Notes: a model not told the origin generated them from the letters alone. A DNA stretch of 64,000 nt from an uncultured delta proteobacterium (GCA_963796055.1 CAWCKH010000004.1:3232001-3296000), one strand, 5' to 3'. Positions 38,703-49,164 are shown, numbered from the stretch's first letter. Program-made: numbers and translations.

Positions 38703-40682
38703 ATGACCCGCCGGGCGCTGCCGTTTCTGATGGTCGCCGCCGCGATCGCCACGGTCTCCGGCTGTACTTGCAGCGGTGACGTGTCGCGTTTCCCGGTGGT
38801 GACCACCCCGCCCGATGGCGGCGGCGGGGGCGGCAAGCCCGACGGCGGCGACGGGGGCGACGACGGCGGCCAGAACGTGATCGATCCCTGCCAGATCATC
38901 GTCTGCCCGCCGGTGGTGGACGGTGGCTTCAGCGGGACCATCGACTTCCCGCCGGACGGCGGCTTCAACCTCGACGGCGGGGTGGGCACCAGCGGTGACG
39001 GGGTGACGGTGGATCCCAACGGGAACATCACCCTCAACAGCCAGGACATCGAGATCAACTTCGCCTGGATCGCCAACTGGAAGATGGGCACCGTGTCGAA
39101 GTTCGACACCAAGAACCTGCTCCCGGACGGCGGCATCCACGAGGTGGGCCGCTACATCAGCGTGTTCCCCCTCGATGGGCTCGGCCGGCGCAACCACAGC
39201 TCCTCGGCCAGCGTCTACGACCCGAGCCGCACCGCGATCGACATCAATGGCGACATGTGGGTGGCCAACTTCGCCTCCCACGCCAACCAGTACTTCAGCG
39301 TCACCAAGGTCGCCGGCAGCCTCTTCAACTGCGTCGACCGGAACGGCAACGGGAAGATCGACACCAGCGCGGACGACCCGGCGGACGTGGCGAACTACGG
39401 CGTCATCCAGCCCAGCGAGTACCTGAACCCGAGCGACCCCAACAACCCGCTGCTCTACGACGAGTGCGTGCTCTTCACCCAGGAGCTCGGCAACATCAAC
39501 CCCAACGGCGCCTTCGGCGAGGGCTCCATCTCCATCGCCGCCGCGCCCGAGGGAGGCCCGGGCGACGTGTGGGTCGGCACCTGGATCGACCGGCGCATGT
39601 GGCGGCTCGATCCGTTCACCGGCGTCCCCAAGGCCATCCCCGCGGGAACCAACGTCGGCTCGCTGCCGGACGGCGGCGGGCAGTACATCTCGGTGCCGTC
39701 GATCGAGCCGTACGGGTCGGCGGTGGACGCCAAGAACCGGCTCTGGGTGGCGCACCGGGTGCAGAACACGGTGGCGGTGATCGACACCAACACCGCCTCG
39801 CTGCTCGCCGGGGCCATCTCCCCGCCCTCCGGCATCCCCCGCGGTGGCTATGGCATCGCGGTGGACAAGCAGGGGCGGGTCTGGGTGCCCAACTGGGGCT
39901 CGGGCCCGACGGCCACCCGGTACACCCCGCCGACGAGCGGGCCCATCGACGCCGGCACCTGGGACGTCTTCAACTACGGCGGCCTCACCTCGCCGAGCGG
40001 TACCAAGGTCGGCCAGGGCCGCGGGGTGACGGTGGACGACGACGGCTTCGTCTGGTTCAGCGGGGACCGGAACAACGCCGGCTCGGCGGCGCTGGTGTGG
40101 GGCGCGGACGTCAACGACGGCGGGGTACGGATGTTCCCCAGCGCCGGGACGCCCACCGGCCTGGTCGACGCCACCTCGGTCTGGAGCAAGACCAGCATCG
40201 GCATCGGCCTCGACCAGAACAAGAACCTCTGGGTCAACAACTCCACCGGCAACGTGATGCGAATCGACCGGGCGACCGGCGGGGTCATCACCTCGGCCAA
40301 CCAGGCCGGCGCGCTCTACACCTACTCGGACTTCACCGGGTACCAGCTGCGCCACATCACCCTGAACCAGGGCAGCTTCAGCCAGACGGTCTCCGGCTGC
40401 TCGCGCTACGCCGAGTGGGACACGGTCAGCTGGGATGCCATCACCCCGCCGAACACCTCGGTGGTGCTCTTCGTCCGGGGGTCGAACAACCTCGACTTCA
40501 CCGTGTCGCAGGAATACGGACCGTTCACCTCCACCCCGGCGAATCTCCAGGCGGCCCCGGGGCCGGTGCCCCAGTTCAAATATCTGTTGTTGAAGTTCCT
40601 CCTCACCAGCAAGGACGGAACGAGCCAGCCGACCCTCCGGAGCTTCAACGTCACCTCGAAGTGCCTGACCCCGCTCCAGTAG
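38703..40682 (+). CDS. Large lipoprotein with a Vgb/NHL-like beta-propeller and a C-terminal beta-rich domain
   Basis: Lipobox VSGC; blades AIDINGDMWVAN, AVDAKNRLWVA, AVDKQGRVWV, TVDDDGFVWF, GLDQNKNLWV; YTYSDFTG. Confidence 0.8.
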   Translation: MTRRALPFLMVAAAIATVSGCTCSGDVSRFPVVTTPPDGGGGGGKPDGGDGGDDGGQNVIDPCQIIVCPPVVDGGFSGTIDFPPDGGFNLDGGVGTSGDGVTVDPNGNITLNSQDIEINFAWIANWKMGTVSKFDTKNLLPDGGIHEVGRYISVFPLDGLGRRNHSSSASVYDPSRTAIDINGDMWVANFASHANQYFSVTKVAGSLFNCVDRNGNGKIDTSADDPADVANYGVIQPSEYLNPSDPNNPLLYDECVLFTQELGNINPNGAFGEGSISIAAAPEGGPGDVWVGTWIDRRMWRLDPFTGVPKAIPAGTNVGSLPDGGGQYISVPSIEPYGSAVDAKNRLWVAHRVQNTVAVIDTNTASLLAGAISPPSGIPRGGYGIAVDKQGRVWVPNWGSGPTATRYTPPTSGPIDAGTWDVFNYGGLTSPSGTKVGQGRGVTVDDDGFVWFSGDRNNAGSAALVWGADVNDGGVRMFPSAGTPTGLVDATSVWSKTSIGIGLDQNKNLWVNNSTGNVMRIDRATGGVITSANQAGALYTYSDFTGYQLRHITLNQGSFSQTVSGCSRYAEWDTVSWDAITPPNTSVVLFVRGSNNLDFTVSQEYGPFTSTPANLQAAPGPVPQFKYLLLKFLLTSKDGTSQPTLRSFNVTSKCLTPLQ

Positions 40683-40773
40683 CTCGAGGGGTGGATTCTG
40701 CCCTGACGCCGAACTCCGCCCTCTGACCGCGGGGGTTGCGCAGTTGCCGCCCGCTGTGCAAGGCACGGCGGCC

Positions 40774-42411
40774 GTGGCCTCCGGAGGAAACGGACGGGAC
40801 GTGCACGCCGAGCGCACCGCGGCGGTCCAGCGCATCGCCGCGCTTCCGGCCCGTGCCCGGCTGGATGCGCTGCTCGCCTCCCGGGACGCCGCAGCGCTCG
40901 TCCGGGCGCTTCCTCCCGAGCAGCTCTACGCCACGGTGGCCGAGGTGGGGCTCGCCGACGCGGCCGAGCTCGTCCAGCTCGCCTCACCCGGACAGTTCCA
41001 GTCGCTGGTGGACCTGGGGGCCTGGAAGCGCGACACGCTCGATCCGCACGGGCTGCTGGAGTGGCTGGGGGCGGCCCGGGGCGACGACACCGAGGCCTTC
41101 CTGCGCAAGGTGCACGGAATCGACCTCGAGCTGCTCGAGTCGATGCTCCGGGCCTTCACCGTGGTGCACGACCTCGAGGAGACGCCGGATCCTCCGGTGG
41201 AGGGCGTCACCCTCGACTCCGCGGACGGGCGTTACCGCATCGAGCTGAAAGTCGAAGGCGCCGAGCAGGCGGCGCTCCGCGCGCTGCTGATGGATCTCAT
41301 GGGCGAGGACCCCTTCGCCTTCAGCCGGCTGATGGAGGCCATCCGCTGGGAACTGCCGACCGAGCTCGAGGAGGGGGCGCTGCGCTTCCGCTGGGCGCGG
41401 CTGGCCGATCTCGGCTTTCCCGATCCCGAGGCGGCCGCGGGGCTGTACGCGGCGGTCCGGTTGCCCCCGGCCCCGGCGTCGAGCGCGTCCGGCCAGCTGG
41501 CCGAGCGCGGCGGGCGGCAGGTCGACTTCGTCCAGGCGGCGCTCGAGGGCCTCGACCCGGTGGAGGCGGAGAACGCCCTGGAGGAGCTGCGTGGCGTCTT
41601 CAACGCCGCGCTGGTGGCGGACGGGGCCGACCCCGGGGATCTCGACGCCTTTCGCGCCGCCGCCGAGCGGGCGCGCGACACCCTGAACCTGGGCCTGGAG
41701 TACCTGACCGGGGGAGACCCGCGCCGGGCGCCTGCGGTGGTGCGCGAGACGCCGTTCCGCCAGGTGTTCCAGACCGGCTTCTCCCTCGGGCTCCGGCTCC
41801 GTCACCGCGCCGACCGGCTCGCGGCCCGTCCCCTGGCCCGGGTGGACGGCCAATGGATGCTCTGGCCGGAGCAAGCCGCAGTGCTCACCGCGCTCCGGCG
41901 CGCGCGCCCGATGCGGGCGCTGCCGGTCGAGGGCGCCGAGTCGGTGCCGTTCCGGTCGGTGGCGGAGATCCGGCAGGCGGAACAGGAGCTCTCTCGCGCC
42001 GAGCAGCAGCAGGCGCTCCTCGCGGCGCTGCTCGGAGGGACCGAGGAGCGCGCCCGCGCGGCGCTGGGGGGCCTCGGCCCGGCCTGGCCAGCAGGGGGCA
42101 CGCCGGCGCTGCTCGCGGCCGCGGTGGCCCACGTGCTCCTCGACGGCAGCCCCCGCATCGCGCCCGTGCCGGCCGGCCGTACACAGGAGCTCGGCCGCGT
42201 CTTCCTCGCCTCAGGAGCGCCCCGGACGGTGCGGCCCGAGGCGGTCCAGCGGGCCGGGACAACCCTCGCGTCTGTGGAGCCGGGCGACGAGGCGCCCCGG
42301 TTGGCCCGGCAGGTGCTCGAGCGGCTGGCAGACGAGATCGGCGAGGCCCTGCTTGCTGGCCCGCTTCCCGTCGAGACCCAGACGACCTTGCCCTGGGCGG
42401 ATCGGCTGTAG
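40774..42411 (+). CDS. DUF6178-family protein
   Basis: LYATVAEVGLADAAELVQLASPGQFQSLVDLGAWKRD, ELEEGALRFRWARLADLGFP, LNLGLEYL. Start is GTG 40774 or TTG 40744. Confidence 0.7.
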   Translation: MASGGNGRDVHAERTAAVQRIAALPARARLDALLASRDAAALVRALPPEQLYATVAEVGLADAAELVQLASPGQFQSLVDLGAWKRDTLDPHGLLEWLGAARGDDTEAFLRKVHGIDLELLESMLRAFTVVHDLEETPDPPVEGVTLDSADGRYRIELKVEGAEQAALRALLMDLMGEDPFAFSRLMEAIRWELPTELEEGALRFRWARLADLGFPDPEAAAGLYAAVRLPPAPASSASGQLAERGGRQVDFVQAALEGLDPVEAENALEELRGVFNAALVADGADPGDLDAFRAAAERARDTLNLGLEYLTGGDPRRAPAVVRETPFRQVFQTGFSLGLRLRHRADRLAARPLARVDGQWMLWPEQAAVLTALRRARPMRALPVEGAESVPFRSVAEIRQAEQELSRAEQQQALLAALLGGTEERARAALGGLGPAWPAGGTPALLAAAVAHVLLDGSPRIAPVPAGRTQELGRVFLASGAPRTVRPEAVQRAGTTLASVEPGDEAPRLARQVLERLADEIGEALLAGPLPVETQTTLPWADRL

Positions 42412-42471
42412 AAACGACAGCCTCGACCGTCTGGTCGCCGCGGGCGCGCGAGCAATTTCGCGGCGCTGGGA

Positions 42472-42488
42472 CTGGCACATGCGCTGCT
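42472..42488 (+). promoter_or_regulatory. Putative sigma54 (-24/-12) promoter
   Basis: CTGGCACATGCGCTGCT matches YTGGCAC-N5-YTGCW with exact GG-N10-GC spacing, about 14 bp before ATG 42502. Confidence 0.55.
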
Positions 42489-42501
42489 CCCGCGCCTCCC
42501 G

Positions 42502-43800
42502 ATGATGCGGACCCGACGGCCGGAGGGGGAGGGGGAGTCCCGGGCGTGGGCGCTCGCGGAGCGTCGTGACCGCTGGGCGTTCCTGCTCCTGGCGGCCTTC
42601 TGCGTGCAGATCTACGCGGCGCCCGCCGAGTGGATCCCCGCGGTGGCCCCGCTGCGGCTGGCGCTGTCGCTGAGCTTCGGGGCGCTGGGGCTGCTCTTGC
42701 TGGAGCACGCAGGGCGCCGTCTCCCCCTGCACTGGGACGGGGTGCGGGGCGCCGCGCTGGCGGCCTTCCTGGTCTGGGCTGCGTCCTCGCGCCTGTGGAG
42801 CATCGCTCCACACGAGACGGAGGCCTGGCTGGTCGTGCTGGTCAAGGTGGCGCTGGCCTGGCTCCTGGTGGTCAACCTCGCAACCACGCCGCGGCGGCTG
42901 GCCATCCTCTGCCTCTGCCTGGTGGCCGGCTCCCTGGTCACCTCCATCGGCGGCATTCTCCGCTACCTGTCGGGCGAGGAGCTCTCCCAGGGGTTCCGGA
43001 CGCTCTGGCTGGGCGTCTACGGCGACCCGAACTACCTGGCCGAGTACCTAGCCCTCACCGTCCCGCTGGCGGGGGCCTTCGTCGCCCGGCCAGCGATGGG
43101 GCCGTGGATCCGACTGCTCTGCGCCCTGGCGCTGCTCCTGGCCGTCATCTGCATCGTCCTCACCTTCTCCCGCGGTGGCTTTCTGGGCCTCGTCTTCGGC
43201 GGTCTGGTGTGGGCCCTGCGCGAGCGCGCGCAGCGCGCCAAGGCGCTGGCGCTCTCGGCGGCCCTGGCGGTGGGGGTGGCCATCTTCGCCCCGGCGACCT
43301 ACTGGGAGCGGAACGACACCCTCGAGGAGTTCGAGCAGGACCCATCGGCGCTGGGGCGGGTCTATGCCTGGCAGGTGGCCTCGTCGGCCAACCTCGACCA
43401 CCCGCTCCGGGGCGTGGGCGGCGGCGCGTTCCGGGAGGCCTGGCCTCTGTACGCGCCGCCCGAGGTCCGCGAGCACCCGCTGGTGGCCCACAACATCTTC
43501 CTCGACACGCTGGGCGAGCTGGGCTGGGTGGGGTTCTTCCTCTTCCTGAGCTTCGCCGGGAGCGCCACGGGCGCGGTGTTCCGCGCCGGGCAGGACCCGG
43601 GCATCGGCTGGCTCGCGCGGGGCATCGGGGCGAGCGTGGCCGGTTTCCTGCTCTGCAATTGCTTCTCGGGCTCGCTCGCCGCGCCGCAGCTCTTCGTTCT
43701 CTTCGGGCTGGCAGGGGCGACCGAGCGGGTGGCGGCGCGGGAGGAGCTCCTCGAGTCCGGGCCCGCCCGACCGGCGATGGCGACCTCGTGGGGTGGGTGA
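42502..43800 (+). CDS. O-antigen ligase / Wzy_C family polysaccharide polymerase (ExoJ-like)
   Basis: Polytopic membrane protein with GVYGDPNYLA, LTFSRGGFLGL, SALGRVYAW, PLRGVGGGAF and VAHNIFLDTLGELG. Confidence 0.85.
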   Translation: MMRTRRPEGEGESRAWALAERRDRWAFLLLAAFCVQIYAAPAEWIPAVAPLRLALSLSFGALGLLLLEHAGRRLPLHWDGVRGAALAAFLVWAASSRLWSIAPHETEAWLVVLVKVALAWLLVVNLATTPRRLAILCLCLVAGSLVTSIGGILRYLSGEELSQGFRTLWLGVYGDPNYLAEYLALTVPLAGAFVARPAMGPWIRLLCALALLLAVICIVLTFSRGGFLGLVFGGLVWALRERAQRAKALALSAALAVGVAIFAPATYWERNDTLEEFEQDPSALGRVYAWQVASSANLDHPLRGVGGGAFREAWPLYAPPEVREHPLVAHNIFLDTLGELGWVGFFLFLSFAGSATGAVFRAGQDPGIGWLARGIGASVAGFLLCNCFSGSLAAPQLFVLFGLAGATERVAAREELLESGPARPAMATSWGG

Positions 43801-44273
43801 TGGCGATCGGTGGGCGGTGGAAGGAATGGGGAGAGACGCTCGCGCCGGCGGCGCTGGCCGCGGTGGCGCTCGGCCTGGATCTCGCGGAGGACGGCGAATC
43901 CTTCGTCCACGCCGCGGCGCTGGGGCTGGTCGCTCTGGCGGCGGCGCTGAGCGGGGCGGCGGCGGTGGTGAGCCTGGGGCGCTTCGGACCGTCGAGCCTC
44001 GGGCGGCGGTTCTCGCTCTGGCGCGCCTGCGGGCTGCTGGCGGCCGCGGGATGCTTCGGCCTCGCGCTGGTGGAGCGGCACGGAGCTCCGCGCCTGGCGG
44101 CCGACGCGACCTTGCAGCTGACGGTGCTCGGCGGCGCCTGGGCGCTGCTCACCGGCTGGGTGTGGGGACGGCGGAGCTGGGGACGGATGTCCGCCAGGCT
44201 CGCGGAGGAGGCCCGGGAGCAGGCGCCGCCGCGCGCCGCGCGCTGGACCGGCCAGGAGATCGGGGTGGGGTGA
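43800..44273 (+). CDS. Hypothetical membrane protein
   Basis: Three to four hydrophobic segments. TGATG coupling to the Wzy_C gene. Confidence 0.55.
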   Translation: MAIGGRWKEWGETLAPAALAAVALGLDLAEDGESFVHAAALGLVALAAALSGAAAVVSLGRFGPSSLGRRFSLWRACGLLAAAGCFGLALVERHGAPRLAADATLQLTVLGGAWALLTGWVWGRRSWGRMSARLAEEAREQAPPRAARWTGQEIGVG

Positions 44274-44302
44274 GCGATGCTGGTGGTCCGCGGAGAGAGC
44301 CT

Positions 44303-45425
44303 CTACGACCTGGAGACCTCGCCCGAGATGGAGGATGGGGTGGCACCCATGGTCGGTGAGCCGCCGCGCGACGAGGAGCGGGATCGCAGGGCGGAGAGCG
44401 AACCGAGGCCGCGGACCCTCAGCCGGGCCCGGAGCTCCGCGAGCAGCCTGGGGACGAGGAACGGGCCCTCGTAGACGAATGCGGTGTAGATCTGGACCAG
44501 GTCCGCGCCGGCCTCGAGCCGCTCGAGCACGTCGTCGGCAGTGAAGACGCCGCCGGACGCCCAGAGCGCGAGCCGGCCCCGGGCCCGCGCCGCTGCCCGG
44601 CGAAGCGTCTCCAGCGCCAGGGGGGCGAGCGGGGCGCCCGAGAGACCACCCGCCTCGGCAGCCAGCGGACCGGTGAGGCCCGGACGGGCCAGCGTGGTGT
44701 TGGTGCAGATGAGGCCCGCGATGCCCACCTCGACCGCCACGTCGACGATGGCGTCGACCTCCTCCGGCGCGAGGTCGGGCGCAACTTTCAGGAGAAGCGG
44801 CTTTCCGGGCGCGACCGCCTCGAGCCGCGCCTTGACGGCCCAGAGCAGCGCGCGCAGCGGCTCCGATTGCTGAAGTTGCCGGAGCCCGGGCGTGTTGGGT
44901 GAGCTGGCGTTGACGACCACGTAGTCGGCGAGCGGCCCGAGCGCCTCGACGCCGGCCAGGTAGTCGTCCACCGCGCGCTCCAGCGGGGTGTCCTTGTTCT
45001 TTCCCAGGTTCACCCCCACCGGCCCGGCCCGGCGGCCGAGCGCCGCGGAGCCGGGCCGCCATCGCCTCGGCGCCGTGGTTGTTGAACCCCATCCGGTTGA
45101 CCAGCGCTCGGGCCTCGGGAATGCGGAACAGCCGAGGCGCCGGATTCCCGGGCTGCGGCCGCGGCGTCACCGTTCCGACCTCGACCCCGGCGAACCCCGC
45201 GCCGAAGAAGCCGGCCACGGCCTCGGCGTCCTTGTCGAACCCGGCGGCGAGCACCACGGGATGCTCGAAGCGGAGCCCCGCGCTGGTCACCGACAGGTCG
45301 GGTCCGCCGGCGGGGAGCGAGGGAGCGGAGCGGACCGTCCCCAGCACCCGGAGCGCGGCCATCCCGAGCGCATGGGCGCGCTCGGGAGGGAGGAGGAACA
45401 GCCCGCGCTTGAGGAGTCCGTACAC
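44303..45425 (-). CDS. pyrD: Quinone-dependent dihydroorotate dehydrogenase (class 2); apparent +1 frameshift at ~45043
   Basis: LAAGFDKDA, EVGTVTPRPQPGNP and NRMGFNN, then GVNLGKNKDT, NASSPNTPGLR, LKVAPDL, TNTT and GGLSG. Removing one base at 45043-45044 restores LRALGRRAGPVGVNLGK. Confidence 0.93.
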
Positions 45426-45448
45426 GCGCCCTCGGCGACTACCACGCT

Positions 45449-46441
45449 TCAGGGGATGAAGGAGTACTCGCGCGCCCAGGCCAGAGCCTGGTCGACCTGC
45501 GCCGGGGTCATGATCCCGTGCTTCTCCACCAGCGCCACCTCGGACTGCATGTCGGTCTCGAGGAGATAGGGGCCGTCGGTGTTCAAGGTCACCTTCACCC
45601 GTCGGTCGAGGAAGGTCTGGACGATCTGCCTCAGCTCCTCCACTCCGCTCACCGCGTGGGTGTGGAGGTTGGAGGTCGGGCAGAGCTCCAGCACCACGTC
45701 CTGCTCCCGGAGCAGCTTCATCGCCGACTCGTCGTAGGCGGCGCGGATGCCGTGGCCGATGCGGTGCGGCCGGAGCCGGTCCACCACCGCCATCACCCCT
45801 TCGGCCCCGGTGCCGTGGGTCTCACCGGTGTGGACCGTCGTCTTCAGGCCCGCCGCCCGGGCGCGCTGGAACAGGTCCTCGTAGACGCCGACCTGGTCGC
45901 GGTCGAGCTCGAGGGCCCGGGTCTCGGTCCCGGCGAGGTCGATGCCCACCACCCCCCGATGCCGGTAGCGGATCGCCTTTTCCAGGATGATGGAGTTGAG
46001 CCGGTGGTCGAACTCTCGGGCCAGACAGAAGATCAGCCCCGCCCGGACGCCGTACTCGAGCGTGGCCCGATCCATCCCCCGCAGCGCGGCGTGGATGATG
46101 TGGTCCAGGTCCAGGGTGGAGTCGAGGTTGCGCTTCATCGGGTTGAAGCGCAGCTCGATCTGGGTCACCCGGCTGCCGCGGAACTCCTTCCCGATGACCT
46201 CGTAGACGCTCCGCTCGATGGCCATGGGCGAGCTCTGAATCTTCTCGGTCCAGGTGTGCATGATGTGGAGGTAGTCGTCGAGGTTGGAGACGTTCTCCGG
46301 CCGGGCGGTGATCATCTCCACGAACTCGAAGTAGTTCTTGGTCGGAAGCTTGAAGCCCTGGCTGTGGGCCAGCGACCAGAGCACGTGCGGGGCCACCGCT
46401 CCGCCCACGTGGATGTGCAGGTCGATGAGCTCGCGGGCCAT
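45449..46441 (-). CDS. Adenosine deaminase family amidohydrolase
   Basis: [46 protein letters not shown]. Confidence 0.87.
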   Translation of the reverse strand: MARELIDLHIHVGGAVAPHVLWSLAHSQGFKLPTKNYFEFVEMITARPENVSNLDDYLHIMHTWTEKIQSSPMAIERSVYEVIGKEFRGSRVTQIELRFNPMKRNLDSTLDLDHIIHAALRGMDRATLEYGVRAGLIFCLAREFDHRLNSIILEKAIRYRHRGVVGIDLAGTETRALELDRDQVGVYEDLFQRARAAGLKTTVHTGETHGTGAEGVMAVVDRLRPHRIGHGIRAAYDESAMKLLREQDVVLELCPTSNLHTHAVSGVEELRQIVQTFLDRRVKVTLNTDGPYLLETDMQSEVALVEKHGIMTPAQVDQALAWAREYSFIP

Positions 46442-46491
46442 GGCCCTCCCGAGGCTACCAGGCCCGGCCGGCTCGTGTAGTGTGCCGCGAC

Positions 46492-47346
46492 ATGGCGGCG
46501 ACACTCATCGACGGCAAGGCCATCGCCCAGAAGGTCCGGCAGGAGGTGGCCGAGGGCACCCGCGCGCTCAAGGCGCGGACCGGCCGGGTCCCCGGACTGG
46601 CGGTCATCCGGGTGGGCGAGGATCCGGCGAGCAAGATCTACGTGACGGGCAAGCAGAAGGCCGCGGCCGAGGTCGGCTTCGATTCCAGCGAGCACCACTT
46701 CCCGGAGACCGCGACCCATGCCGAGGTGCAGGCCCGGCTCGAGGCGCTCAACGCCGACCCGGCCGTCCACGGCATCCTGGTCCAGCTGCCGGTCCCGAAG
46801 CAGGTGAACTCGGACCTGCTGCTCCGGCTCCTCCGCCCGGAGAAGGACGCCGACGGCCTTCACCCGATGAACGCCGGTCTCCTCGCCCAGGGACGGGAGG
46901 CCACCGTTGCCTGCACCCCGTGGGGCGTGATGCGGATGCTCCAGGAGATCGGCTGCAAGCCCGCCGGCAAGCGCGCGGTGGTGGTGGGCCGCAGCATCCT
47001 GGTGGGCCGGCCCATGGCGCTGTTGCTCCTGAACGCCGACGCCACGGTGACGGTCTGTCACCGCAAGAGCAACCTCCCCGAGGAGGTGGCCCGGGCGGAC
47101 ATCCTGGTCGCCGCGGTGGGCGTCCCGGAGCTGATCAAGGGCGCCTGGGTGAAGCCCGGGGCGGTGGTCATCGACGTGGGCGTCAACCGTCTTCCCACCG
47201 GCAAGCTGGTGGGGGACGTGGAGTTCGCCGCCGCTGCCGAGCGCGCCTCGTTCATCACCCCGGTGCCGGGCGGGGTGGGGCCGATGACCATCGCCATGCT
47301 GCTCTCCAACACGCTCCGCAACGCCCGGGCGTTGCTCGGGGGCTGA
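46492..47346 (+). CDS. folD: Bifunctional methylenetetrahydrofolate dehydrogenase/cyclohydrolase
   Basis: [59 protein letters not shown]. Confidence 0.96.
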   Translation: MAATLIDGKAIAQKVRQEVAEGTRALKARTGRVPGLAVIRVGEDPASKIYVTGKQKAAAEVGFDSSEHHFPETATHAEVQARLEALNADPAVHGILVQLPVPKQVNSDLLLRLLRPEKDADGLHPMNAGLLAQGREATVACTPWGVMRMLQEIGCKPAGKRAVVVGRSILVGRPMALLLLNADATVTVCHRKSNLPEEVARADILVAAVGVPELIKGAWVKPGAVVIDVGVNRLPTGKLVGDVEFAAAAERASFITPVPGGVGPMTIAMLLSNTLRNARALLGG

Positions 47347-47355
47347 GGCGGCGGG

Positions 47356-48243
47356 ATGGACCAGCTCGACGCGATCCTCCACCGGGTCCTCCTCCGACTG
47401 TCGGGAACCGAGGTCACGCCGCTCTCGCTCCTGATCTTCCTCGGGACGGTGGCGCTCGCGGTCGTCCTGGGCCAGCTCGCCCGTCGCGCGGTGAGCAGGT
47501 TCTTCCTCCGCCGAGGCGGGAGCGCCCAGGAGGGGATGGCCTACGCCCTGGGTCGCATCCTCCAGTACCTGGTGGTGACCCTGGGGGTCATGATGGCCCT
47601 CGACACCGTGGGGTTCTCGATCAAGTCGCTCGCCGCCGCCGGGGCGGTGGTGGCGGTGGGGATCGGGTTCGGGCTGCAGAACATCGCTCAGAACTTCGCC
47701 AGCGGCATCATCCTCCTGATCGAGCGGCCCGTGCAGAAGGGAGACTTCATCAACGTCGGCGACACCGTCGGAACGGTGGAGGACATCGCCATGCGCGCGA
47801 CTCGGATCCTCACCCGGGATGGTGTGCAGATCATCGTCCCCAACAGCGAGCTGGTCTCGGGGCGGGTGGTCAACCGGAGCGCGCCCACGACGCGGTCGCG
47901 GGTCCGGGTCACGGTGGGGGTGGCCTACGGGAGTGACACCGAGAGGGTCCGGCGGACGCTCCTGGCGGTGGCTGCCGGCGACACCCGGGTCCTGCGCGAG
48001 CCCACGCCCACCGTGTTCTTCAAGGAGTTCGGCGACAGTGCCCTGATCTTCGATCTCGCGGTGTGGATCGACACTCCTCAGCTCGAGTTCGTCATCACCA
48101 GCGATCTCCGCTTCGCCATCGACCGGGCCTTCAGGGAGGCGGAGCTGGTGATCGCCTTCCCTCAGCGGGATCTCCACCTGGTCTCGGGGCTCGAGGGCCT
48201 GGTGGCGGCGCTCTCCGGGGATCGCCCACCCCGGGAGCAGTGA
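47356..48243 (+). CDS. mscS: Small-conductance mechanosensitive channel (MscS family)
   Basis: GIGFGLQNIAQNFASGIILLIERP, IIVPNS, VGVAYGSD, FGDSAL, IAFPQRDLH. Confidence 0.9.
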   Translation: MDQLDAILHRVLLRLSGTEVTPLSLLIFLGTVALAVVLGQLARRAVSRFFLRRGGSAQEGMAYALGRILQYLVVTLGVMMALDTVGFSIKSLAAAGAVVAVGIGFGLQNIAQNFASGIILLIERPVQKGDFINVGDTVGTVEDIAMRATRILTRDGVQIIVPNSELVSGRVVNRSAPTTRSRVRVTVGVAYGSDTERVRRTLLAVAAGDTRVLREPTPTVFFKEFGDSALIFDLAVWIDTPQLEFVITSDLRFAIDRAFREAELVIAFPQRDLHLVSGLEGLVAALSGDRPPREQ

Positions 48244-48342
48244 GCGCCGAGCGGCGCACCGTTCCGCACCTCGGGGCCGCGGGATCGTTGCCGCGCGCGT
48301 GGCCCGATTCGGTACCTTCGCCAGGAAACCACGGAGGTCACC

Positions 48343-49164
48343 ATGCGCGCGTTGCTCCCCGTCGTCCTCGGTGTGTCCCTGCTCCTCGGCTGCGTCTCGT
48401 CCGGCGAGTACGAGAAGAAGGTTTCCGAGCTGCAGAAACAGTCTGCCACCCTCGCCGAGACGGAGAAGGCGCTCGGCGAGGCCACTGCGGAGCGCGACGC
48501 GCTCAGAAAGCAGCTCGACGACAGCACCGCCCTGGTGGGCCAGCTGAAGCAGAAGCTGGAGAAGCTCGGACAGAACGTGGACCGTCTCGCTGGCGAGAAG
48601 GGCCAGCTCTCGACCACCCTCGCCGACGCGAAGCTCCGGCTGGACGAGCTGCGAAAGCAGGAGGCGGCGGCAGAGGCCCGCGCGACCACCTTCCGCGCGC
48701 TGGTGCAGCGGCTCCACGCGATGATCGACTCGGGTCAGCTCAAGGTGGTGATCCGCAACGGTCAGATGCTGATCGACCTGCCCAACGACGTGCTCTTCGA
48801 TTCAGGCCGGGTGGACATCAAGCCGGCGGGCAAAGCCGCGCTCGCCCAGGTGGCCCAGGCGCTCTCCGCGATTCCAGACCGCGAGTTCGTGGTGGCCGGC
48901 CACACCGACAACGTCCCCATCCACAGCGCGCGCTTCCCCTCGAACTGGGAGCTCTCCACCGCGCGGGCGGTCGAGGTGGTCAACTTCCTGGTGGCAAACG
49001 GGATGAAGCCCGAGGTCCTGGCAGCGTCCGGTTACGGCGAGTTCTCCCCGGTGGCGGCGAACGACTCCACCGAGAACCGGGCGCTGAACCGCCGGATTGA
49101 GATCGTGCTCCAGCCGAACCTCTCGGAGCTCCCGGCACTGAACGTCGCCCAGACCGGCAGCTGA
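48343..49164 (+). CDS. OmpA/MotB-family peptidoglycan-binding lipoprotein with a coiled coil
   Basis: Lipobox LLGC, a coiled coil, VLFDSG, VAGHTDNVPI, SNWELSTARA, NRRIEI. Confidence 0.88.
   Translation: MRALLPVVLGVSLLLGCVSSGEYEKKVSELQKQSATLAETEKALGEATAERDALRKQLDDSTALVGQLKQKLEKLGQNVDRLAGEKGQLSTTLADAKLRLDELRKQEAAAEARATTFRALVQRLHAMIDSGQLKVVIRNGQMLIDLPNDVLFDSGRVDIKPAGKAALAQVAQALSAIPDREFVVAGHTDNVPIHSARFPSNWELSTARAVEVVNFLVANGMKPEVLAASGYGEFSPVAANDSTENRALNRRIEIVLQPNLSELPALNVAQTGS

Noticed and set aside
48343..49164. Flagellar stator MotB
   Set aside because: It has a lipobox instead of the Asp-bearing TM helix, and there is no motA or flagellar gene nearby. An OmpA-like peptidoglycan-binding lipoprotein fits better.
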